64,000 bases of DNA, taken from the NCBI GenBank assembly GCA_964057225.1, contig OZ059896.1:4960001-5024000 (forward strand), read 5' to 3'. The stretch is from Auanema rhodensis. Lineage: Eukaryota > Animalia > Nematoda. Both the position numbers and the translations under genes were made by a program. Below the pieces are notes generated by a model. The model did not search any database and was not told where the DNA came from. It was given only the letters and a program-made list of their open reading frames with translations. Positions 42,201 through 55,900 of the stretch are shown in pieces (positions within the stretch are counted from its first letter, which is position 1; every line of letters starts with the position of its first letter).

Positions 42201-45200
42201 CTAATTTTGAAAACCACATCTCTTTATCTTCCACGTGAAGCGAGTTACATACCAAGTGCACATCAAGTGTACATTTAATTAGCATAAATTAAAGTTCACG
42301 TAATTTTCAAAGTCATGGTTACCATGAACCAATATCAATGAATATTTGTTTTTAGACTAATATGGACATGGGGAATCTAATTTTGAAAACCGCATCTATT
42401 TATCTTTCACGCGAAGCGAGTTACATACCAAGTGCACATCACCTGTACATTTAATTAGCATAAAGTAAAGTTCACGTAAATTTCAAACTCATGGTTACCA
42501 TGCACCAATATCAATAAAAATTTGTTTTTAGACTAATATGGACATGAGGAATCTAATTTTGAAAAACGCATCTCTTTATCTTTCACGTGAAGCGAGTTAC
42601 ATACCAAGTGCACATCACGTGTACATTTAATTAGCATAAATTAAAGTTCACGTAAATTTCAAAGTCATGGTTACCATGCACCAATATCAATAAAATTTTG
42701 TTTTTAGACTAATATGGACATGGGGAATCTAATTTTGAAAACCGCATCTCTTTATCTTTCACGTGAAGCGAGTTACAAACCAAGTGCACATCACGTGTAC
42801 ATTTAATTAGCATAAATTAAAGTTCACGTAAATTTCAAACTCATGGTTACCATGCACCAATATCAATAAAAATTTGTTTTTAGACTAATATGGACATGGA
42901 GAATCTAATTTTGAAAACCGCATCTCTTTATCTTTCACGTGAAGCGAGTTACATACCAAGTGCACATCACGTGTACATTTAATTAGCATAAATTAAAGTT
43001 CACGTAAATTTCAAACTCATGGTTACCATGCACCAATATCAATAAAAATTTGTTTTTAGACTAATATGGACATGGAGAATCTAATTTTAAAAACCGCATC
43101 TCTTTATCTTTCACGTGAAGCGAGTTACATACCAAGTGCACATCACGTGTACATTTAATTAGCATAAATTAAAGTTCACGTAAATTTCAAAGTCATGGTT
43201 ACCATGCACCAATATCAATAAAATTTTGTTTTTAGACTAATATGGACATGGGGAATCTAATTTTGAAAACCGCATCTCTTTATCTTTCACGTGAAGCGAG
43301 TTACATACCAAGTGCACATCACGTGTACATTTAATTAGCATAAATTAAAGTTCACGTAAATTTCAAACTCATGGTTACCATGCACCAATATCAATAAAAA
43401 ATTGTTTTTAGACTAATATGGACATGGAGAATCTAATTTTGAAAACCGCATCTCTTTATCTTTCACGTGAAGCGAGTTACATACCAAGTGCACATCACGT
43501 GTACATTTAATTAGCATAAATTAAAGTTCACGTAAATTTCAAACTCATGGTTACCATGCACCAATATCAATAAAAATTTGTTTTTAGACTAATATGGACA
43601 TGGAGAATCTATTTTTAAAAACCGCATCTCTTTATCTTTCACGTGAAGCGAGTTACATACCAAGTGCACATCACGTGTACATTTAATTAGCATAAATTAA
43701 AGTTCACGTAAATTTCAAACTCATGGTTACCATGCACCAATATCAATAAAAATTTGTTTTTAGACTAATATGGACATGGGGAATCTAATTTTGAAAACCG
43801 CATCTCTTATCTTCCACGTGAAGCGAGTTACATACCAAGTGCACATCACGTGTACATTTAATTAGCATAAATTAAAGTTCACGTAATTTTCAAAGTCATG
43901 GTTACCATGAACCAATATCAATGAATATTTGTTTTTTGACTAATATGGACATGGGGAATCTAATTTTGAAAACCGCATCTATTTATCTTTCACGCGAAGC
44001 GAGTTACATACCAAGTGCACATCACGTGTACATTTAATTAGCATAAAGTAAAGTTCACGTAAATTTCAAACTCATGGTTACCATGCACCAATATCAATAA
44101 AAATTTGTTTTTAGACTAATATGGACATGGAGAATCTAATTTTGAAAACCGCATCTCTTTATCTTTCACGTGAAGCGAGTTACATACCAAGTGCACATCA
44201 CGTGTACTTTTAATTAGCATAAATTAAAGTTCACGTAAATTTCAAACTCATGGTTACCATGCACCAATATCAATAAAAATTTGTTTTTAGACTAATATGG
44301 ACATGGGGAATCTAATTTTGAGAACCGCATCTCTCATCTTCCACGTGAAGCGAGTTACATACCAAGTGCACATCACGTGTACATTTAATTAGCATAAATT
44401 AAAGTTCACGTAAATTTCATAGTCATGGTTACCATGCACCAATATCAATAAAATTTTGTTTTTAGACTAATATGGACATGAGGAATCTAATTTTGAAAAC
44501 CGCATCTCTTTATCTTTCACGTGAAGCGAGTTACATACCAAGTGCACATCACGTGTACATTTAATTAGCATAAATTAAAGTTCACGTAAATTTCAAACTC
44601 ATGGTTACCATGCACCAATATCAATAAAAATTTGTTTTTAGACTAATATGGACATGGAGAATCTAATTTTGAAAACCGCATCTCTTTATCTTTCACGTGA
44701 AGCGAGTTACATACCAAGTGCACATCACGTGTACATTTAATTAGCATAAATTAAAGTTCACGTAAATTTCAAACTCATGGTTACCATGCACCAATATCAA
44801 TAAAAATTTGTTTTTAGACTAATATGGACATGGAGAATCTATTTTTAAAAACCGCATCTCTTTATCTTTCACGTGAAGCGAGTTACATACCAAGTGCACA
44901 TCACGTGTACATTTAATTAGCATAAATTAAAGTTCACGTAAATTTCAAACTCATGGTTACCATGCACCAATATCAATAGAAATTTGTTTTTAGACTAATA
45001 TGGACATGGAGAATCTAATTTTGAAAACCGCATCTCTTTATCTTTCACGTGAAGCGAGTTACATACCAAGTGCACATCACGTGTACTTTTAATTAGCATA
45101 AATTAAAGTTCACGTAAATTTCAAACTCATGGTTACCATGCACCAATATCAATAAAAATTTGTTTTTAGACTAATATGGACATGGGGAATCTAATTTTGA

Positions 45201-48200
45201 AAACCGCATCTCTTATCTTCCACGTGAAGCGAGTTACATACCAAGTGCACATCACGTGTACATTTAATTAGCATAAATTAAAGTTCACGTAATTTTCAAA
45301 GTCATGGTTACCATGAACCAATATCAATGAATATTTGTTTTTAGACTAATATGGACATGGGGAATCTAATTTTGAAAACCGCATCTATTTATCTTTCACG
45401 CGAAGCGAGTTACATACCAAGTGCACATCACGTGTACATTTAATTAGCATAAAGTAAAGTTCACGTAAATTTCAAACTCATGGTTACCATGCACCAATAT
45501 CAATAAAAATTTGTTTTTAGACTAATATGGACATGGAGAATCTAATTTTGAAAACCGCATCTCTTTATCTTTCACGTGAAGCGAGTTACATACCAAGTGT
45601 ACATCACGTGTACATTTAATTAGCATAAATTAAAGTTCACGTAAATTTCAAACTCATGGTTACCATGCACCAATATCAATAAAAATTTGTTTTTAGACTA
45701 ATATGGACATGGGGAATCTAATTTTGAAAACCGCATCTCTTTATCTTCCACGTGAAGCGAGTTACATACCAAGTGCACATCAAGTGTACATTTAATTAGC
45801 ATAAATTAAAGTTCACGTAAATTTCAAACTCATGGTTACCATGCACCAATATCAATAAAAATTTGTTTTTAGACTAATATGGACATGGAGAATCTAATTT
45901 TGAAAACCGCATCTCTTTATCTTTCACGTGAAGCGAGTTACATACCAAGTGCACATCACGTGTACATTTAATTAGCATAAATTAAAGTTCACGTAAATTT
46001 CAAACTCATGGTTACCATGCACCAATATCAATAAAAATTTGTTTTTAGACTAATATGGACATGGAGAATCTAATTTTGAAAACCGCATCTCTTTATCTTT
46101 CACGTGAAGCGAGTTACATACCAAGTGCACATCACGTGTACATTTAATTAGCATAAATTAAAGTTCACGTAAATTTCAAACTCATGGTTACCATGCACCA
46201 ATATCAATAAAAATTTGTTTTTAGACTAATATGGACATGGAGAATCTATTTTTAAAAACCGCATCTCTTTATCTTTCACGTGAAGCGAGTTACATACCAA
46301 GTGCACATCACGTGTACATTTAATTAGCATAAATTAAAGTTCACGTAAATTTCAAACTCATGGTTACCATGCACCAATATCAATAAAAATTTGTTTTTAG
46401 ACTAATATGGACATGGGGAATCTAATTTTGAAAACCGCATCTCTTATCTTCCACGTGAAGCGAGTTACATACCAAGTGCACATCACGTGTACATTTAATT
46501 AGCATAAATTAAAGTTCACGTAAATTTCAAACTCATGGTTACCATGAACCAATATCAATGAATATTTGTTTTTTGACTAATATGGACATGGGGAATCTAA
46601 TTTTGAAAACCGCATCTATTTATCTTTCACGCGAAGCGAGTTACATACCAAGTGCACATCACGTGTACTTTTAATTAGCATAAATTAAAGTTCACGTAAA
46701 TTTCAAACTCATGGTTACCATGCACCAATATCAATAAAAATTTGTTTTTAGACTAATATGGACATGGGGAATCTAATTTTGAAAACCGCATCTCTTATCT
46801 TCCACGTGAAGCGAGTTACATACCAAGTGCACATCACGTGTACATTTAATTAGCATAAATTAAAGTTCACGTAATTTTCAAAGTCATGGTTACCATGAAC
46901 CAATATCAATGAATATTTGTTTTTAGACTAATATGGACATGGGGAATCTAATTTTGAAAACCGCATCTATTTATCTTTCACGCGAAGCGAGTTACATACC
47001 AAGTGCACATCACGTGTACATTTAATTAGCATAAAGTAAAGTTCACGTAAATTTCAAACTCATGGTTACCATGCACCAATATCAATAAAAATTTGTTTTT
47101 AGACTAATATGGACATGGAGAATCTAATTTTGAAAACCGCATCTCTTTATCTTTCACGTGAAGCGAGTTACATACCAAGTGTACATCACGTGTACATTTA
47201 ATTAGCATAAATTAAAGTTCACGTAAATTTCAAACTCATGGTTACCATGCACCAATATCAATAAAAATTTGTTTTTAGACTAATATGGACATGGGGAATC
47301 TAATTTTGAAAACCACATCTCTTTATCTTCCACGTGAAGCGAGTTACATACCAAGTGCACATCAAGTGTACATTTAATTAGCATAAATTAAAGTTCACGT
47401 AATTTTCAAAGTCATGGTTACCATGAACCAATATCAATGAATATTTGTTTTTAGACTAATATGGACATGGGGAATCTAATTTTGAAAACCGCATCTATTT
47501 ATCTTTCACGCGAAGCGAGTTACATACCAAGTGCACATCACCTGTACATTTAATTAGCATAAAGTAAAGTTCACGTAAATTTCAAACTCATGGTTACCAT
47601 GCACCAATATCAATAAAAATTTGTTTTTAGACTAATATGGACATGAGGAATCTAATTTTGAAAAACGCATCTCTTTATCTTTCACGTGAAGCGAGTTACA
47701 TACCAAGTGCACATCACGTGTACATTTAATTAGCATAAATTAAAGTTCACGTAAATTTCAAAGTCATGGTTACCATGCACCAATATCAATAAAATTTTGT
47801 TTTTAGACTAATATGGACATGGGGAATCTAATTTTGAAAACCGCATCTCTTTATCTTTCACGTGAAGCGAGTTACAAACCAAGTGCACATCACGTGTACA
47901 TTTAATTAGCATAAATTAAAGTTCACGTAAATTTCAAACTCATGGTTACCATGCACCAATATCAATAAAAATTTGTTTTTAGACTAATATGGACATGGAG
48001 AATCTAATTTTGAAAACCGCATCTCTTTATCTTTCACGTGAAGCGAGTTACATACCAAGTGCACATCACGTGTACATTTAATTAGCATAAATTAAAGTTC
48101 ACGTAAATTTCAAACTCATGGTTACCATGCACCAATATCAATAAAAATTTGTTTTTAGACTAATATGGACATGGAGAATCTAATTTTAAAAACCGCATCT

Positions 48201-51200
48201 CTTTATCTTTCACGTGAAGCGAGTTACATACCAAGTGCACATCACGTGTACATTTAATTAGCATAAATTAAAGTTCACGTAAATTTCAAAGTCATGGTTA
48301 CCATGCACCAATATCAATAAAATTTTGTTTTTAGACTAATATGGACATGGGGAATCTAATTTTGAAAACCGCATCTCTTTATCTTTCACGTGAAGCGAGT
48401 TACATACCAAGTGCACATCACGTGTACATTTAATTAGCATAAATTAAAGTTCACGTAAATTTCAAACTCATGGTTACCATGCACCAATATCAATAAAAAA
48501 TTGTTTTTAGACTAATATGGACATGGAGAATCTAATTTTGAAAACCGCATCTCTTTATCTTTCACGTGAAGCGAGTTACATACCAAGTGCACATCACGTG
48601 TACATTTAATTAGCATAAATTAAAGTTCACGTAAATTTCAAACTCATGGTTACCATGCACCAATATCAATAAAAATTTGTTTTTAGACTAATATGGACAT
48701 GGAGAATCTATTTTTAAAAACCGCATCTCTTTATCTTTCACGTGAAGCGAGTTACATACCAAGTGCACATCACGTGTACATTTAATTAGCATAAATTAAA
48801 GTTCACGTAAATTTCAAACTCATGGTTACCATGCACCAATATCAATAAAAATTTGTTTTTAGACTAATATGGACATGGGGAATCTAATTTTGAAAACCGC
48901 ATCTCTTATCTTCCACGTGAAGCGAGTTACATACCAAGTGCACATCACGTGTACATTTAATTAGCATAAATTAAAGTTCACGTAATTTTCAAAGTCATGG
49001 TTACCATGAACCAATATCAATGAATATTTGTTTTTTGACTAATATGGACATGGGGAATCTAATTTTGAAAACCGCATCTATTTATCTTTCACGCGAAGCG
49101 AGTTACATACCAAGTGCACATCACGTGTACATTTAATTAGCATAAAGTAAAGTTCACGTAAATTTCAAACTCATGGTTACCATGCACCAATATCAATAAA
49201 AATTTGTTTTTAGACTAATATGGACATGGAGAATCTAATTTTGAAAACCGCATCTCTTTATCTTTCACGTGAAGCGAGTTACATACCAAGTGCACATCAC
49301 GTGTACTTTTAATTAGCATAAATTAAAGTTCACGTAAATTTCAAACTCATGGTTACCATGCACCAATATCAATAAAAATTTGTTTTTAGACTAATATGGA
49401 CATGGGGAATCTAATTTTGAGAACCGCATCTCTCATCTTCCACGTGAAGCGAGTTACATACCAAGTGCACATCACGTGTACATTTAATTAGCATAAATTA
49501 AAGTTCACGTAAATTTCATAGTCATGGTTACCATGCACCAATATCAATAAAATTTTGTTTTTAGACTAATATGGACATGAGGAATCTAATTTTGAAAACC
49601 GCATCTCTTTATCTTTCACGTGAAGCGAGTTACATACCAAGTGCACATCACGTGTACATTTAATTAGCATAAATTAAAGTTCACGTAAATTTCAAACTCA
49701 TGGTTACCATGCACCAATATCAATAAAAATTTGTTTTTAGACTAATATGGACATGGAGAATCTAATTTTGAAAACCGCATCTCTTTATCTTTCACGTGAA
49801 GCGAGTTACATACCAAGTGCACATCACGTGTACATTTAATTAGCATAAATTAAAGTTCACGTAAATTTCAAACTCATGGTTACCATGCACCAATATCAAT
49901 AAAAATTTGTTTTTAGACTAATATGGACATGGAGAATCTATTTTTAAAAACCGCATCTCTTTATCTTTCACGTGAAGCGAGTTACATACCAAGTGCACAT
50001 CACGTGTACATTTAATTAGCATAAATTAAAGTTCACGTAAATTTCAAACTCATGGTTACCATGCACCAATATCAATAAAAATTTGTTTTTAGACTAATAT
50101 GGACATGGAGAATCTAATTTTGAAAACCGCATCTCTTTATCTTTCACGTGAAGCGAGTTACATACCAAGTGCACATCACGTGTACTTTTAATTAGCATAA
50201 ATTAAAGTTCACGTAAATTTCAAACTCATGGTTACCATGCACCAATATCAATAAAAATTTGTTTTTAGACTAATATGGACATGGGGAATCTAATTTTGAA
50301 AACCGCATCTCTTATCTTCCACGTGAAGCGAGTTACATACCAAGTGCACATCACGTGTACATTTAATTAGCATAAATTAAAGTTCACGTAATTTTCAAAG
50401 TCATGGTTACCATGAACCAATATCAATGAATATTTGTTTTTAGACTAATATGGACATGGGGAATCTAATTTTGAAAACCGCATCTATTTATCTTTCACGC
50501 GAAGCGAGTTACATACCAAGTGCACATCACGTGTACATTTAATTAGCATAAAGTAAAGTTCACGTAAATTTCAAACTCATGGTTACCATGCACCAATATC
50601 AATAAAAATTTGTTTTTAGACTAATATGGACATGGAGAATCTAATTTTGAAAACCGCATCTCTTTATCTTTCACGTGAAGCGAGTTACATACCAAGTGTA
50701 CATCACGTGTACATTTAATTAGCATAAATTAAAGTTCACGTAAATTTCAAACTCATGGTTACCATGCACCAATATCAATAAAAATTTGTTTTTAGACTAA
50801 TATGGACATGGGGAATCTAATTTTGAAAACCGCATCTCTTTATCTTCCACGTGAAGCGAGTTACATACCAAGTGCACATCAAGTGTACATTTAATTAGCA
50901 TAAATTAAAGTTCACGTAAATTTCAAAGTCATGGTTACCATGAACCAATATCAATGAATATTTGTTTTTAGACTAATATGGACATGGGGAATCTAATTTT
51001 GAAAACCGCATCTATTTATCTTTCACGCGAAGCGAGTTACATACCAAGTGCACATCACCTGTACATTTAATTAGCATAAAGTAAAGTTCACGTAAATTTC
51101 AAACTCATGGTTACCATGCACCAATATCAATAAAAATTTGTTTTTAGACTAATATGGACATGAGGAATCTAATTTTGAAAAACGCATCTCTTTATCTTTC

Positions 51201-52947
51201 ACGTGAAGCGAGTTACATACCAAGTGCACATCACGTGTACATTTAATTAGCATAAATTAAAGTTCACGTAAATTTCAAAGTCATGGTTACCATGCACCAA
51301 TATCAATAAAATTTTGTTTTTAGACTAATATGGACATGGGGAATCTAATTTTGAAAACCGCATCTCTTTATCTTTCACGTGAAGCGAGTTACAAACCAAG
51401 TGCACATCACGTGTACATTTAATTAGCATAAATTAAAGTTCACGTAAATTTCAAACTCATGGTTACCATGCACCAATATCAATAAAAATTTGTTTTTAGA
51501 CTAATATGGACATGGAGAATCTAATTTTGAAAACCGCATCTCTTTATCTTTCACGTGAAGCGAGTTACATACCAAGTGCACATCACGTGTACATTTAATT
51601 AGCATAAATTAAAGTTCACGTAAATTTCAAAGTCATGGTTACCATGCACCAATATCAATAAAATTTTGTTTTTAGACTAATATGGACATGGGGAATCTAA
51701 TTTTGAAAACCGCATCTCTTTATCTTTCACGTGAAGCGAGTTACATACCAAGTGCACATCACGTGTACATTTAATTAGCATAAATTAAAGTTCACGTAAA
51801 TTTCAAACTCATGGTTACCATGCACCAATATCAATAAAAATTTGTTTTTAGACTAATATGGACATGGAGAATCTAATTTTAAAAACCGCATCTCTTTATC
51901 TTTCACGTGAAGCGAGTTACATACCAAGTGCACATCACGTGTACATTTAATTAGCATAAATTAAAGTTCACGTAAATTTCAAAGTCATGGTTACCATGCA
52001 CCAATATCAATAAAATTTTGTTTTTAGACTAATATGGACATGGGGAATCTAATTTTGAAAACCGCATCTCTTTATCTTTCACGTGAAGCGAGTTACATAC
52101 CAAGTGCACATCACGTGTACATTTAATTAGCATAAATTAAAGTTCACGTAAATTTCAAACTCATGGTTACCATGCACCAATATCAATAAAAAATTGTTTT
52201 TAGACTAATATGGACATGGAGAATCTAATTTTGAAAACCGCATCTCTTTATCTTTCACGTGAAGCGAGTTACATACCAAGTGCACATCACGTGTACATTT
52301 AATTAGCATAAATTAAAGTTCACGTAAATTTCAAACTCATGGTTACCATGCACCAATATCAATAAAAATTTGTTTTTAGACTAATATGGACATGGAGAAT
52401 CTATTTTTAAAAACCGCATCTCTTTATCTTTCACGTGAAGCGAGTTACATACCAAGTGCACATCACGTGTACATTTAATTAGCATAAATTAAAGTTCACG
52501 TAAATTTCAAACTCATGGTTACCATGCACCAATATCAATAAAAATTTGTTTTTAGACTAATATGGACATGGGGAATCTAATTTTGAAAACCGCATCTCTT
52601 ATCTTCCACGTGAAGCGAGTTACATACCAAGTGCACATCACGTGTACATTTAATTAGCATAAATTAAAGTTCACGTAATTTTCAAAGTCATGGTTACCAT
52701 GAACCAATATCAATGAATATTTGTTTTTTGACTAATATGGACATGGGGAATCTAATTTTGAAAACCGCATCTATTTATCTTTCACGCGAAGCGAGTTACA
52801 TACCAAGTGCACATCACGTGTACATTTAATTAGCATAAAGTAAAGTTCACGTAAATTTCAAACTCATGGTTACCATGCACCAATATCAATAAAAATTTGT
52901 TTTTAGACTAATATGGAGATGGGGAATCTAATTTTGAATAACGCATC
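33250..52947. repeat. Satellite haplotype domain C; 20-mer and 21-mer higher-order repeats
   Basis: AAACTC/GGAG-rich background. Private variants: 1-bp deletion TCTTATCTTCC, AATGAATATTT, GTACTTTT, CATGAGG, CACATCAAGTG, ACAAACC and CACCTGTAC. Marker offsets are 3694, 3517 and 5099 bp. Confidence 0.85.
33560..40950. repeat. Near-perfect tandem duplication of a 21-monomer block (3694 bp)
   Basis: Rare variants TACTAAG (35218/38912) and ATATCAAG (36624/40318) are offset by 3694 = 21x176-2. A chimeric junction monomer lies near 37250. Ends are approximate. Confidence 0.85.
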
Positions 52948-55900
52948 TCTTTATCTTTCACGTGAAGCGAGTTACATACCAAGTGCACATCACGTGTACA
53001 TTTAATTAGCATAAATTAAAGTTCACGTAAATTTCAAAGTCATGGTTACCATGCACCAATATCAATAAAATTTTGTTTTTAGACTAATATGGACATGGGG
53101 AATCTAATTTTGAAAACCGCATCTCTTTATCTTTCACGTGAAGCGAGTTACATACCAAGTGCACATCACGTGTACATTTAATTAGCATAAATTAAAGTTC
53201 ACGTAAATTTCAAAGTCATGGTTACCATGCACCAATATCAATAAAAATTTGTTTCTAGACTAATATGGACATGGAGAATCCATTTTTAAAAACCGCATCT
53301 CTTTATCTTCCACGTGAAGCGAGTTACATACCAAGTGCACATCACGTGTACATTTAATTAGCATAAATTAAAGTTCACGTAAATTTCAAACTCATGGTTA
53401 CCATGCACCAATATCAATAAAAATTTGTTTTCAAACTAATATGGACATGGGGATTCTAATTTTGAAAACCGCATCTCTTTATCTTTCACGTGAAGCGAGT
53501 TACATACCAAGTGCACATCACGTGTACATTTAATTAGCATAAATTAAAGTTCACGTAAAATTCAAAGTCATGGTTACCATGCACCAATATCAATAAAATT
53601 TTGTTTTTAGACTAATATGGACATGGGGAATCTAATTTTGAAAACCGCATCTTTTTATCTTTCACGTGAAGCGAGTTACATACCAAGTGCACATCACGTG
53701 TACATTTAATTAGCATAAATTAAAGTTCACGTAAATTTCAAAGTCATGGTTACCATGCACCAATATCAATAAAATTTTGTTTTTAGACTAATATGGACAT
53801 GGGGAATCTAATTTTGAAAACCGCATCTCTTTATCTTTCACGTGAAGCGAGTTACATACCAAGTGCACATCACGTGTACATTTAATTAGCATAAATTAAA
53901 GTTCACGTAAATTTCAAACTCATGGTTACCATGCACCAATATCAATAAAATTTTGTTTTTAGACTAATATGGACATGGGGAATCTAATTTTGAAAACCGC
54001 ATCTCTTTATCTTTCACGTGAAGCGAGTTACATTCCAAGTGCACATCACGTGTACATTTAATTAGCATAAATTAAAGTTCACGTAAATTTCAAAGTCATG
54101 GTTACCATGCACCAATATCAATAAAAATTTGTTTTTAGACTAATATGGACATGGGGAATCTAATTTTGAAAACCGCATCTTTTTATCTTTCACGTGAAGC
54201 GAGTTACATACCAAGTGCACATCACGTGTACATTTAATTAGCATAAATTAAAGTTCACGTAAATTTCAAACTCATGGTTACCATGCACCAATATCAATAA
54301 AAATTTGTTTTTAGACTAATATGGACATGGAGAATCTAATTTTGAAAACCGCATCTCTTTATCTTTCACGTGAAGCGAGTTACATACCAAGTGCACATCA
54401 CGTGTACATTTAATTAGCATAAATTAAAGTTCACGTAAATTTCAAAGTCATGGTTACCATGAACCAATATCAATAAAAATTTGTTTTTAGACTAATATGG
54501 ACATGGAGAATCTAATTTTGAAAACCGCATCTCTTTATCTTTCAAGTGAAGCGAGTTAAATACCAAGTGCACATCACGTGTACATTTAATTAGCATAAAT
54601 TAAAGTTCACGTAAATTTCAAAGTCATGGTTGCCATGAACCAATATCAATAAAAATTTGTTTTTAAACTAATATGGACATGGGGAATCTAATTTTGAAAA
54701 CCGCATCTCTTTATCTTTCACGTGAAGCGAGTTACATACCAAGTGCACATCACGTGTACATTTAATTAGTATAAATTAAAGTTCACGTAAATTTCAAAGT
54801 CATGGTTACCATGAACCAATATCAATAAAAATTTGTTTTTAGACTAATATGGACATGGGGAATCTAATTTTGAAAACCGCATCTCTTTATCTTTCACGTG
54901 AAGCGAGTTACATACCAAGTGCACATCACGTGTACATTTAATTAGCATAAATTAAAGTTCACGTAAATTTCAAAGTCATGGTTACCATGAACCATTATCG
55001 ATAAGAATTTGTTTTTAAACTAATATGGACATGGGGAATCTAATTTTGAAAACCGCATCTCTTTATCTTTCAAGTGAAGCGAGTTACATACCAAGTGCAC
55101 ATCACGTGTACATTTAATTAGCATAAATTAAAGTTCACGTAAATTTCAAAGTCATGGTTACCATGAACCAATATCAATAAGAATTTGTTTTTAAACTAAT
55201 ATGGACATGGGGAATCTAATTTTGAAAACCGCATCTCTTTATCTTTCACGTGAAGCGAGTTACATACCAAGTGCACATCACGTGTACATTTAATTAGCAT
55301 AAATTAAAGTTCACGTAAATTTCAAAGTCATGGTTACCATGAACCAATATCAATAAAAATTTGTTTTTAAACTAATATGGACATGGGGAATCTAATTTTG
55401 AAAACCGCATCTCTTTATCTTTCACGTGAAGCGAGTTACATACCAAGTGCACATCACGTGTACATTTAATTAGCATAAATTAAAGTTCACGTAAATTTCA
55501 AAGTCATGGTTACCATGAACCAATATCAATAAAAATTTGTTTTTAGACTAATATGGACATGGAGAATCTAATTTTGAAAACCGCATCTCTTTATCTTTCA
55601 AGTGAAGCGAGTTAAATACCAAGTGCACATCACGTGTACATTTAATTAGCATAAATTAAAGTTCACGTAAATTTCAAAGTCATGGTTACCATGAACCAAT
55701 ATCAATAAAAATTTGTTTTTAAACTAATATGGACATGGGGAATCTAATTTTGAAAACCGCATCTCTTTATCTTTCACGTGAAGCGAGTTACATACCAAGT
55801 GCACATCACGTGTACATTTAATTAGCATAAATTAAAGTTCACGTAAAATTCAAAGTCATGGTTACCATGCACCAATATCAATAAAATTTTGTTTTTAGAC

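Noticed and set aside
36590-52610. The 1-bp deletions as homopolymer sequencing errors
   Set aside because: They are always at the same monomer position, always linked to the TTCC allele, confined to domain C and periodic with the HOR. Longer homopolymers in the unit show no length noise.
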